Made by a program: the position numbers and the translations under genes. From a virus, in the IMG/VR virus record IMGVR_UViG_3300024999_000072, positions 1-64,000 of that record: a stretch of 64,000 bases of DNA; one strand, 5' to 3'. Below the pieces are notes generated by a model. It was not told the origin of the DNA. It did no database searches and saw nothing but the letters and a program-made list of their open reading frames with translations. Position 1 is the stretch's first letter, and each line of letters begins with the position of its first letter. This document shows positions 20,912 through 29,290 of the stretch, piece after piece.

Positions 20912-21916
20912 TTATTGAACCAAGTATTGCTTATGCGACTGTTTTCTTTTTTCGTCGGACAGGACAGAGTAAATTAGCGTTGTAGCCGGATCCACGTGCC
21001 CGAGTAATCCCTGGACCGCGACTAGATCCGCTCCGTTGTTTAACATGAGCGTCGCGAAAGTATGGCGAAATATATGCGGATGCACGTTTTTCTTGACCTC
21101 TGAGCGGCCGGCAATGATTTTGACCTCGCGTTGGATGCCCTTGGTCGATAGTCTCCTGTATGGTTTGCGCACGGTTACGAATAGCGCGTCCACAGTGTCG
21201 GAACGCTTCTTTAAGTATTTCTGCAAGTGGTACATGGCCTTGAATGAGAAGTAGACTGTTCGTTCTTTATTGCCCTTACCGACCACTTGAACTGACATTG
21301 CCTGATAGTCAATATCTTGGCGATTTAGTTGTTGTACTTCAGTGAGACGGGCGCCTGTCGCGTAATAGACTTCAATCATTGCGCGTTCGCGCGGGGTTAC
21401 GCAAGCCTCGCGGATCATCTCCAGTTCCTCGATAGTCAAGGCCTTCGGGGTTCTTTGCTCCTTTTTTGGTGGTTTGATCTGCTTGGTTACGTCGTTGGGA
21501 ATTATTTTCTCTGCTGCCAACCATCCGAACATTGATTTCAGAACAGACAATTTCTTGGATATTGACGAGGTTTTAAGGTAGTCAAATTCTCCGAGATAAA
21601 GACGGATATCAGATGTGGTTACTTCATCAGTGGCCTTCGAGACGTGTTCGGAGAATATCCGGAGTTCCAATGTGTAGCTATCTAGGGTTAAAGGGCTTAG
21701 ACCTTCGAGACGTTTCCCAGCCAAGAACAGCTTTATCTTAGCCGCTAGATCGGGATGGCCGTTAGGAATCAAGGCAGGTTTGATGTCGTACTGGGACAGG
21801 ATCATGATTATAGTCTGCTGGAGTTGAAGCTTGTCCACTTTTGGGCAAAGTGAGTTAATGGCGCACATTATCTGCTCCAGCAGGATCTCGGCGGTCGAGC
21901 TAAGTATTTGAGCCAT
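20912..21916 (-). CDS. XerD-like site-specific tyrosine recombinase
   Basis: TGARLTE, GKG, HPHIFRH, LLGH and terminal Tyr catalytic motifs; N-terminal SAM-like domain. Confidence 0.92.
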   Translation of the reverse strand: MAQILSSTAEILLEQIMCAINSLCPKVDKLQLQQTIIMILSQYDIKPALIPNGHPDLAAKIKLFLAGKRLEGLSPLTLDSYTLELRIFSEHVSKATDEVTTSDIRLYLGEFDYLKTSSISKKLSVLKSMFGWLAAEKIIPNDVTKQIKPPKKEQRTPKALTIEELEMIREACVTPRERAMIEVYYATGARLTEVQQLNRQDIDYQAMSVQVVGKGNKERTVYFSFKAMYHLQKYLKKRSDTVDALFVTVRKPYRRLSTKGIQREVKIIAGRSEVKKNVHPHIFRHTFATLMLNNGADLVAVQGLLGHVDPATTLIYSVLSDEKRKQSHKQYLVQ

Positions 21917-21930
21917 ATCTTCTACTCCTC

Positions 21931-21959
21931 TTGTCTAACCCGGAGCGATCACTTACAAT
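21931..21959 (+). promoter_or_regulatory. sigma-A promoter antisense to the recombinase leader
   Basis: TTGTCT-N17-TACAAT, followed by a hairpin at about 21992-22029. Confidence 0.5.
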
Positions 21960-22013
21960 AATAAACGTAAGGCGCTCCGGTGTCCTTCTATGAGCACTCG
22001 TTCGGCTGCCAGG

Positions 22014-22229
22014 CTATGGACGGGTGCTTACCTTTGCGTATTTGTCAAATTTCTCGTTGATCCATTTGGCCGACTGCTCATACGCGGAAGCTCGGCCTTG
22101 TCGCCATTCATCCCCGGTCCTTTCGTAGTCGCTCTTGGTTTCAACTGCGCATTCTTCAATAAATTCAACATCGCTCTTGATAGAGATTAGTAATTCGATT
22201 AGCTGCTTTTTAGTTAGGTTTGCAAACAT
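22014..22229 (-). CDS. hypothetical protein
   Basis: AGGAGTG RBS; in an operon with the DUF2786 gene. Confidence 0.6.
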   Translation of the reverse strand: MFANLTKKQLIELLISIKSDVEFIEECAVETKSDYERTGDEWRQGRASAYEQSAKWINEKFDKYAKVSTRP

Positions 22230-22239
22230 GGTTATCACT

Positions 22240-22268
22240 CCTTTCCGCCGGTATTGGCCCCGGCTGGC
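22240..22268 (-). repeat. pre-RBS hairpin motif, copy 1
   Basis: GCCAGCCGGGGCCAATACCGGCGGAAAGG; near-identical copy at 32722-32747. Confidence 0.75.
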
Positions 22269-22274
22269 GGTTTA

Positions 22275-22949
22275 TTAAGAACTAATTCTTCCATTTGGAG
22301 AACTGAAGCTTTTTCCGTCCTTGTAACCAGTCGAACGAGCGGAAGAACTTCCGGAACTAGCTATGCTTGAATGGCTACCTTTTTTTAGTTTCATATTTTC
22401 GTATTCTTGTATTACTAGGGCATCCTTAACTAGGACTAAGCCCCAATTACTCTCAACTATTTGTTGCTTAAACCTATCGCGTAAACCTTGAATCCAACCA
22501 CCCATATAGTCGTTTCGTAATCCTGCATCGGTGCTCATACCCTTAGATTTTCTTTCCTTAGAAAATTGCTTCACACCATATTTAATAGAATCGCATGCGA
22601 ACTCGAATGTTATTTTTGCCAAATCGACATCTTGATCTAGCCCGAGGAAAACAATGCATGAATTTCCATTTCGCGTGTTGGTATAATTGTGGCATCTAAA
22701 ATTCTCTGCAATTACTCGGGCAATTCCTTTCTTCCACCAAGCTAGTCGCTCGTAGTCCGTCTTCATTCTGACAACGTTTTTAACGCGAATATTATCTCCT
22801 TGTGCATCAACCTCAGATTGAGAAATTCCATTTTCAATCATAAGTTTTTGGGCCATGAGGATGCAGGATTGAGCCTCTTCTTCACTTGGGTTATTAGCGG
22901 CTTTATTTAAGAGTAAGTGAACCTTGTGGACTATTTTTTCGTTGGTCAT
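22275..22949 (-). CDS. DUF2786-domain protein
   Basis: KVHLLL.KA...SEEEAQ....AQKLM N-terminus; G..DG C-terminus. Confidence 0.85.
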   Translation of the reverse strand: MTNEKIVHKVHLLLNKAANNPSEEEAQSCILMAQKLMIENGISQSEVDAQGDNIRVKNVVRMKTDYERLAWWKKGIARVIAENFRCHNYTNTRNGNSCIVFLGLDQDVDLAKITFEFACDSIKYGVKQFSKERKSKGMSTDAGLRNDYMGGWIQGLRDRFKQQIVESNWGLVLVKDALVIQEYENMKLKKGSHSSIASSGSSSARSTGYKDGKSFSSPNGRISS

Positions 22950-22982
22950 GCTTGTTTCCCTCCTTAAATTTGATCTTAAGTT

Positions 22983-23033
22983 ATTATAACATAGTTACGT
23001 AACCATTGCAATACTTTTGAGCTATGGTATAAT
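22983..23033. promoter_or_regulatory. divergent sigma-A promoters sharing one palindromic -35, with a palindromic operator
   Basis: Minus strand TTGCAA-N17-TATAAT; plus strand TTGCAA-N16-TATAAT with extended -10 TG; GTTACGTAAC at 22994-23003. Confidence 0.75.
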
Positions 23034-23051
23034 AACTTTGAGGTGATTATT

Positions 23052-23207
23052 TTGAGTATAGGGAAAGATAAGGTTAGGTCAAACCTGATCATAGAAAAGG
23101 ATATGAAGAAGGAATTGGAAGAAATAGCGAAGAGGCAGAACAGAAGTTTTAACAATCTTGTGATAACTATTCTTAAGGAGTACGTGGAAAAGAACGCCGA
23201 GGCTTGA
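23052..23207 (+). CDS. ribbon-helix-helix (Arc-like) repressor, 51 aa
   Basis: Not in ORF track: MSIGKDKVRSNLIIEKDMKKELEEIAKRQNRSFNNLVITILKEYV; GAGGTG RBS. Confidence 0.8.
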   Translation: MSIGKDKVRSNLIIEKDMKKELEEIAKRQNRSFNNLVITILKEYVEKNAEA

Positions 23208-23257
23208 GCCCTGGCGTTCTTCATTTTTTATGGGTAGCAACGAAAGGATGGCGAAAG

Positions 23258-23668
23258 ATGAACGCAAAAGAGTTAACTCTAAACACCTTTATCGCGGCAG
23301 TGGGAACAATTATAAGTGCATGTCTTGGAGGATGGGATGCCGCACTGAGGGTTTTAATTGGCCTCATGATCGTCGACTATGCAACTGGATTCTTGGGCGC
23401 AGTCAAGGATCACAAAGTAAACAGCGAGGTAATGTACTGGGGAGGACTTCGAAAGGCCGGAATCCTTGTTGTGTTAGGCATTGCCGTTCAACTTGATCAG
23501 ATGGTCGGCAACTCTGCACCGATTCTCCGGACGCTGGCAATTTACTTTTATGTGTCTAGGGAAGGCATTTCGGTGACGGAGAACTTGGGTATTCTCGGGG
23601 TGCCGCTACCGCCCGGTATTACCAAGGTGTTGACTCAATTACAAGAGAAAGGGGATGAAACGAAATGA
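23258..23668 (+). CDS. holin (Phage_holin_4 family)
   Basis: LGGWD, DYATG and EGISVTENL..LGVPLP motifs. Confidence 0.9.
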   Translation: MNAKELTLNTFIAAVGTIISACLGGWDAALRVLIGLMIVDYATGFLGAVKDHKVNSEVMYWGGLRKAGILVVLGIAVQLDQMVGNSAPILRTLAIYFYVSREGISVTENLGILGVPLPPGITKVLTQLQEKGDETK

Positions 23669-24480
23669 AAGCGGTAATTAATTACGGTCATGGGCGAAAA
23701 GACGTTGGGTATGATCCGGGAGCGGTCGGACCAACGGGATACCAAGAGGCTACCGAGAACCGTGAGGTTGGCGAGAAGGTAGTTGCAAAGCTGAAATCCA
23801 ACGGCTGGGATATACTCGCCATTCAAGATGGTGACCTAGACGATGTCACCGACCAATCGAACACTTACAAACCAAATGCCTTCCTCTCGATCCACGCCAA
23901 CTCCTTCGCTGATCCGGGTGCGCATGGGGTTGAAACCATAGCGCTCGGGCCTGGTGGGATGGGCGAGAAGATAGCCCGGGAGATCCAAAAGGAGTTAGTG
24001 GCAGCCACCGGACTCGCTGATCGAGGGGTGAAGTTTTCCAACCTGCACGTACTTAGGGAGACAAAGGGTTATCCTGCGGTTTTGGTGGAGATCGGCTTTA
24101 TTTCCAATCCGGAGGAAGAAGCGCTGATGAAGCAGGATACTTGGGATGAGATTGTAGCTTCGGCGTTATGCAGGGGGTTTAGCCGGGGTTCAGGAGTGCC
24201 TTATGTAGAGCGGATAGAGGGGGTAATAGGCGTGGGATTAGATGTAGCGGTTTTACTAAACACCAAGGAGGATTTCTGGGCGGGGGCTGACGTAGCTGCC
24301 AAGAATGGCAACTGTGCGGTGTTTGTGCGTGGTGAGGGTCGATCTGTTCCTGCCGAGGCTATGAGGGCCAAGCAGCTAATCATAGTTGGCGGGGCCACGA
24401 CCAAGCACCCGAACGAAGTGCTTCTCTCTGGGGAGACGAAGTTCGACACGGCTGAGGCGGTTGGGAAGTATTTGAGGTAG
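23665..24480 (+). CDS. endolysin, N-acetylmuramoyl-L-alanine amidase (Amidase_3) with a cell-wall-binding tail
   Basis: GHG..DPGA, SIHAN and LVEIGFISN motifs. Confidence 0.93.
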   Translation: MKAVINYGHGRKDVGYDPGAVGPTGYQEATENREVGEKVVAKLKSNGWDILAIQDGDLDDVTDQSNTYKPNAFLSIHANSFADPGAHGVETIALGPGGMGEKIAREIQKELVAATGLADRGVKFSNLHVLRETKGYPAVLVEIGFISNPEEEALMKQDTWDEIVASALCRGFSRGSGVPYVERIEGVIGVGLDVAVLLNTKEDFWAGADVAAKNGNCAVFVRGEGRSVPAEAMRAKQLIIVGGATTKHPNEVLLSGETKFDTAEAVGKYLR

Positions 24481-24494
24481 GAAGGAGGTCTAAC

Positions 24495-24839
24495 ATGCCT
24501 AAAGCAAAACTTAGGCCATGCAAAGACGGTGCTCAAGAATACAATCTGCTATGGATTTGGTGCCCAGGATGTAACGAGTACCACGCTGTTAAAGTAAATA
24601 TTCCTAGTGGCTGGGGATGGAACGGAAACCAAGAAGCGCCAACTATTACACCTTCAATATTAGTGCGGGGCACAAAGCCGATCAGCGACGAAGAGGCCGA
24701 AAGAATCCTGCGAGGAGAGCACATCGAACCAATACGGACGGTTTGCCATAGTTTTGTCACAGACGGAAAGATTCAATTCCTCGGAGATTGCACCCATGTA
24801 CTTGCAGGTCAGACGGTGGAATTGCCAGAGGTAGATTAA
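24495..24839 (+). CDS. DUF6527-like zinc-binding protein
   Basis: WCPGC..H, WNG...PT.TPS and CHSFVTDG.IQFLGDCTH motifs. Confidence 0.75.
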   Translation: MPKAKLRPCKDGAQEYNLLWIWCPGCNEYHAVKVNIPSGWGWNGNQEAPTITPSILVRGTKPISDEEAERILRGEHIEPIRTVCHSFVTDGKIQFLGDCTHVLAGQTVELPEVD

Positions 24840-25157
24840 ATTAGCTACGCAGTCGGTAAATATTTAGGGTAATGCCCATACTTGATGATTTGGGGATAAA
24901 AAGCAAAGATACTTGATGCCCCGCAACTCAAGCACCACAAGGGACAGGGTGGTTGTCAGAATTCATGCTAAATATGCCGAATAATATGCCAAAAATGAAG
25001 AGTCTATCTGTTCAAGCGAAGTGGTTGATTTGGCTTTTTAAATCAAGTGAATGCATTTCGGAATATTTTTAACCGAAAAAAGGGAATATTTTTTGGAATA
25101 TTTTACGTTTAAATAGTAAATCGGCAAGCGCTTGTCAATATGAAAGGAATGATTTAA

Positions 25158-25376
25158 ATGCAGGAAGAAAAAGTATGGTATAAATCCCTCACCCTATGGG
25201 GTGCAATTGTTACGGTCCTAGCCGCACTAGCTGGGATATTTGGCATTGACATTGACTCGAACACACAGAAAGAAGTCGTTGAATATCTTGTCGTTGGAGC
25301 AAGTGCTATCGGCGGATTAGTAGCGGCCTATGGGCGTATTAGGGCGAAGGCCAGGATAGTTAAAGTTATTAAATAG
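25158..25376 (+). CDS. second holin-like protein (2 TM)
   Basis: WYKSLTLWG motif, two TM helices, YGRIRA basic tail. Confidence 0.7.
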   Translation: MQEEKVWYKSLTLWGAIVTVLAALAGIFGIDIDSNTQKEVVEYLVVGASAIGGLVAAYGRIRAKARIVKVIK

Positions 25377-25383
25377 ACATGAT

Positions 25384-25417
25384 AAAGCCCCGGGTCGTAA
25401 TGACTCGGGGCTTTTTT
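25384..25417. terminator. bidirectional terminator
   Basis: AAAGCCCCGGGTC/GACTCGGGGCTTT hairpin between convergent units. Confidence 0.8.
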
Positions 25418-25425
25418 GCGTTTTA

Positions 25426-25587
25426 TCAGTTACTTTCCTTAAATAAATCAGGTTTGGCTTCAGCAAGTGCCTTAGCTCTCCTTAAGAACTCAATCTTAGT
25501 AATTCCGAGTTCCTTGCATACTTTTTCAAAGGATTCTTTTTCTTCCGGGAATACATCGAATCTAAGTACTACTTTGCCTTGTGCCAT
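25426..25587 (-). CDS. RHH-like regulator, 53 aa, last gene of the leftward operon
   Basis: Not in ORF track: MAQGKVVLRFDVFPEEKESFEKVCKELGITKIEFLRRA...; AGGAG RBS; overlaps the upstream stop codon. Confidence 0.7.
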   Translation of the reverse strand: MAQGKVVLRFDVFPEEKESFEKVCKELGITKIEFLRRAKALAEAKPDLFKESN

Positions 25588-26087
25588 TATAGATTATTCT
25601 CCTTCATGAATATTATTTTTGCACGTTCGAAATCGGAATCAACCTTATCTTTAGCCATCGGAGCTGCCTTAACCAGCATATTGACCACGTCTTTCTGTAG
25701 ATACCATGTAATTGGCTTGCTATGCGAATATTCCAGATTATCCCCGAACAGGTGCAGGTTTATGGTTTCCTGAGACGCAAGAGAAGAAATACACTTAACA
25801 TGGTCCTCGCGAGTGAGATTAAAAAACACTTCCATCTTGCATGGATCTCCTGGATAGTCATGGATCGTGATCGGCATCCGGATGAGGGGGAATCCGTTGA
25901 TTGAGTGTAATTCGACGCTTATTTCGATCTTGGCCGTTTTCATTTCTCGGGATTTGATCTCCTTGGTGGATAGGCGGACCAGAAGGTCTGTTTGCCAGTT
26001 TACGCCGTCCGCAGATGCGAAAGTAGGGAGACAACCGTAGCCGATTTTTCGGAAGGCTTGGATTTCGATGTAATTTAGCTCAATCAT
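25587..26087 (-). CDS. hypothetical protein
   Basis: AGGAGG RBS; coupled in the operon. Confidence 0.65.
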   Translation of the reverse strand: MIELNYIEIQAFRKIGYGCLPTFASADGVNWQTDLLVRLSTKEIKSREMKTAKIEISVELHSINGFPLIRMPITIHDYPGDPCKMEVFFNLTREDHVKCISSLASQETINLHLFGDNLEYSHSKPITWYLQKDVVNMLVKAAPMAKDKVDSDFERAKIIFMKENNL

Positions 26088-26094
26088 ATATATA

Positions 26095-26754
26095 TTACCT
26101 CCTAAAAACTCTATAACTCAAACCGTTCTTTGATATTTTTTCAAGCATTACGGATAGCCTTTTGTGATTCAACTCAGTTCCAACAAACTTCTTACCATTC
26201 TTTTGGGCGTTTATTCCAACTAATCCGCGCCCCATACAAAGGTCACCAATACAGATATAATCCTCATTCTTGCAAACCCACTCGATAATGTCCTCCTCGT
26301 CCATATAGTCAAGCGGGAGCTTTTTACGCTTTGCGCTGCCTCTAATAACGTAGCATAGATTTTCCTTTTTATGATAATAAGTGCTGTTATAAAATGTAAC
26401 GTGCTTATAAATAGTCTTCATTTCCTGTATAAACTCGCTTAAATACTCTTTCCCAACTTCAACATAACAGACTACCGGGTTTATTTCAGCGATGCACTCA
26501 AAGAGTCTTTTATAAAACGTTGTAAAGCTGTCTTGATAATCCTGTCGTTCCGCTTTTGTGTAGAATGTATTCAGGTTACCAAGGTTCCACGGTGGGTCTA
26601 CGAAAATTAAATCAGCAGGCCACATAATGCCCGGGAGGGGATCGAATATATTGTGAACCTTAACGGTGCTTCCGTCGTCGAAAATAGCGAATTGACCATC
26701 ACTAATGGGGTGACGAAGGTAAGCATCTCCATAGTTCCACTTAACCAACTTCAT
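26095..26754 (-). CDS. minimal beta-class amino-methyltransferase (N6A/N4C fold)
   Basis: Motif IV FVDPPW followed by motif I DLCMGRG...FVGTELN; little room for a TRD. Confidence 0.75.
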   Translation of the reverse strand: MKLVKWNYGDAYLRHPISDGQFAIFDDGSTVKVHNIFDPLPGIMWPADLIFVDPPWNLGNLNTFYTKAERQDYQDSFTTFYKRLFECIAEINPVVCYVEVGKEYLSEFIQEMKTIYKHVTFYNSTYYHKKENLCYVIRGSAKRKKLPLDYMDEEDIIEWVCKNEDYICIGDLCMGRGLVGINAQKNGKKFVGTELNHKRLSVMLEKISKNGLSYRVFRR

Positions 26755-27340
26755 CCACCTCAGTCATTTCCCAAGACTTTGAGTAGATCTGTTTTTTGAA
26801 TAGCTCAGCAATGCCTGTAATCTGCTTGAGCCTGAATACTTCCTCGATTTCCATGCCTAGCTTTTGTGCTACCTCTTCGTCAGGAACACCTTGCTCAATT
26901 AAGGCCTGCACTAGATCACCCATGAGTTCCACCTGATGCACTCCCCGGGCTCGGTTAAATTGGACGGTGGCCTCCATGCGTTGTGCTGGGGTAAGGTCTA
27001 GGACAATGATTGGAATTTCTTCTGCATCTAACCATATTTCCAGAATGCTGTCTCTATGGAAACCGTCTATAATAACGAACTTTTCCAAATCATCATCCCA
27101 TGCTGTAACGATCCCGAAACAAACTCCATTACTCAAGATGGATGTTTCTAAAAGTTCCATGTTGTTTCTTGGCACGCTGTTTGGATTGTAGTTATTAGCC
27201 TGAACGAGATCTCTCGGCACGATGATAGGGCACATAACAGGGAATGATATATCGCCTTTCTTTGTTTTTATTTTCGGAAAGTCTGGTATTTCGTAGACTC
27301 CGTATTTAGTAGCTATTCTTCTCACAGTAATTCCCTCCAT
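26741..27340 (-). CDS. ParB/Srx-domain + HTH protein (IbrB-like)
   Basis: ANNYNPN, IIDGFHR and T...NRARG.H motifs. Confidence 0.85.
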   Translation of the reverse strand: MEGITVRRIATKYGVYEIPDFPKIKTKKGDISFPVMCPIIVPRDLVQANNYNPNSVPRNNMELLETSILSNGVCFGIVTAWDDDLEKFVIIDGFHRDSILEIWLDAEEIPIIVLDLTPAQRMEATVQFNRARGVHQVELMGDLVQALIEQGVPDEEVAQKLGMEIEEVFRLKQITGIAELFKKQIYSKSWEMTEVDEVG

Positions 27341-28440
27341 TTCTTAATAGTGGCCTCCCTGGGATCTGGCTTGTTATCGATAGGGAGATTGTTCTCGTAG
27401 TCGTTCAGAACTAACTGACGGCACTGCTGGCGAGCAACATGGGGATTCGTGAGGTGTTTTCCGAAACGCTTTACGAAGATATCTTTCTTGGTTTCGTCCG
27501 GGTAGGTTTCAAGCAGGAAGTCTCTGTATTCTATCCACGTCTTGTAATTCTTCGGCAGTTTTTGAACTCTTAGCATCTTAGAATCTTTGCCGTACAGATT
27601 GCCAATACTGATACCCTTAACCCTTTTGAGCAACCGATTATAAGTACTAGGTTCAAACTCCGGCAACTCAACCAGCGCCTTGAAGGACTTCTCGTGGATT
27701 AAACTAGATACGCGGATTTCCTGTATCCCCATGCCCTTTTTGTACATATAGTCATAGATTTTCGAATACTTCAATTTTGTATCATAGATATATTTCCATA
27801 TATCATGGAAATTCCAATCATAGAGAGGATAGAAGGCAACGCTTCCGCGTTTCATCTTAGTGCACCAGAAAGTATTTTGGTACCCGGGATTCTTAGCGAC
27901 AGCTCGCCACCGGTTGGGGCTTTCCGTGGCGCGTAGGCCAACGAGAAAGGCTGTATTTTCGCGGGAGTTCTGAAAGTTTTCTAACGCATCATAAAACCCA
28001 AATCCTTTGTTTTTATCCCTGACGGTTTCCGTTTCTATGGGCCATGGTTTGTGCTGAATGGAACCGGTTTTCTTACTACGCATCCACAATTTGTGTTTGC
28101 CAGCTTCCCAGCATATGAGTTGGCCTTCCGTTAGACTCGTGGCGTTGGTGAGCTTAAATTCGATCTGTAGCCATAGCGGGATAGTGTTCTCAGGATACAG
28201 TTTCATGAGGTACTCAATCTGCTTAATTGTGCTGTCGTATACCACCTCTTCATCCAGAAAGAATATGCCGATCTTTCTTCCGCGTTTATTAGCCTCCAAG
28301 AGCGCTAAATGAACCAAGACCGTGCTATCCTTGCCGCCACTTATCGATACAACAATGTTCTCGAACTCGTCAAAAATGTACGACATCCTCTCCTTTGCCG
28401 AGACCAGTACCGACTTATTTATATAAACTTGCTTGAGCAT
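27322..28440 (-). CDS. PAPS-reductase-fold PP-loop protein (IbrA/DUF3440-like)
   Basis: SISGGKDS, LDEE, GLRATESPNR and YPLYDW motifs. Confidence 0.85.
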   Translation of the reverse strand: MLKQVYINKSVLVSAKERMSYIFDEFENIVVSISGGKDSTVLVHLALLEANKRGRKIGIFFLDEEVVYDSTIKQIEYLMKLYPENTIPLWLQIEFKLTNATSLTEGQLICWEAGKHKLWMRSKKTGSIQHKPWPIETETVRDKNKGFGFYDALENFQNSRENTAFLVGLRATESPNRWRAVAKNPGYQNTFWCTKMKRGSVAFYPLYDWNFHDIWKYIYDTKLKYSKIYDYMYKKGMGIQEIRVSSLIHEKSFKALVELPEFEPSTYNRLLKRVKGISIGNLYGKDSKMLRVQKLPKNYKTWIEYRDFLLETYPDETKKDIFVKRFGKHLTNPHVARQQCRQLVLNDYENNLPIDNKPDPREATIKKWRELL

Positions 28441-29290
28441 AGATTGAATCCAACCTCGCTTTCCACGTTACAAACTCGTTAACAATCACGGTGTCGATAG
28501 GTAGGGTGGTGCTTAGATATTTGATCTTGGCCATGCCAGTCGTTTTAATAAAATCGTTAAAACTTAGTCGCCGATAGTGAGTGTCAATAACAATGTATTT
28601 TCCTTGTTTATCTATTTCGTCATAGGTTTTGACGTTATCTAGCTTGAATCGCTTGTTTCTTGCGACGTATAACTCCTCAGGGATAATTGCACATTTCTTA
28701 AGATCACCAGCGAATAGTTGCAGGGACCTCGGTATAGTATCTGGGTCCTTATTACCCAAATTATCGAAGAGTTGGTCCCGTTTTTTCGCGTATTGCTCCT
28801 TATTTTTGTCAGTGATCTCAACGTTGATTGTTTCGATCTTGACGCGGAAGGGCTTAATCTTAATATCCTCAGCTTGCAAAAATACATAATCAAAGGACTT
28901 CCCTTTGTATTTGCCTTTATTATCAAAGTCCAATAAGATCATGAAATCGTTCTTATCGGAGATGATCGGGAAGAACTCAAAGATAATCTTATGTGGAGTC
29001 TGGTTAAGATAGTGGTGAGCACAGTTGTAGATCAACTCACTTCGGTTCGCGGTCCGCATGCAGCCATCCATAATGATAAGGCATGTATTATCTATCTCTT
29101 CAAGAAGTCGGTAGAAGAACTTATACATTTCGATGTCTGCGTACTCGATGTACTCGATGTCGATTGGTACGCTGTACTTGACCGGAAACTTCTTGAAGTA
29201 GAAACAATAGACTTTTTTGATGTCGGTTGCTTGCAGATATGCGTCGATTTCCTTTTGTTTCTCACGGCTGTTTAGGCCTATTCTGATCAT
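28415..29290 (-). CDS. hypothetical protein, possibly a degenerate helicase-like partner
   Basis: Translationally coupled to the SNF2 gene; LIIMD resembles an eroded Walker B; no Walker A. Confidence 0.6.
   Translation of the reverse strand: MIRIGLNSREKQKEIDAYLQATDIKKVYCFYFKKFPVKYSVPIDIEYIEYADIEMYKFFYRLLEEIDNTCLIIMDGCMRTANRSELIYNCAHHYLNQTPHKIIFEFFPIISDKNDFMILLDFDNKGKYKGKSFDYVFLQAEDIKIKPFRVKIETINVEITDKNKEQYAKKRDQLFDNLGNKDPDTIPRSLQLFAGDLKKCAIIPEELYVARNKRFKLDNVKTYDEIDKQGKYIVIDTHYRRLSFNDFIKTTGMAKIKYLSTTLPIDTVIVNEFVTWKARLDSIYAQASLYK

Noticed and set aside
26741-28440. Canonical Dnd/Ssp phosphorothioation system
   Set aside because: No DndA/B/D/E or SspB/C equivalents recognised; the motifs fit IbrA/IbrB-like proteins
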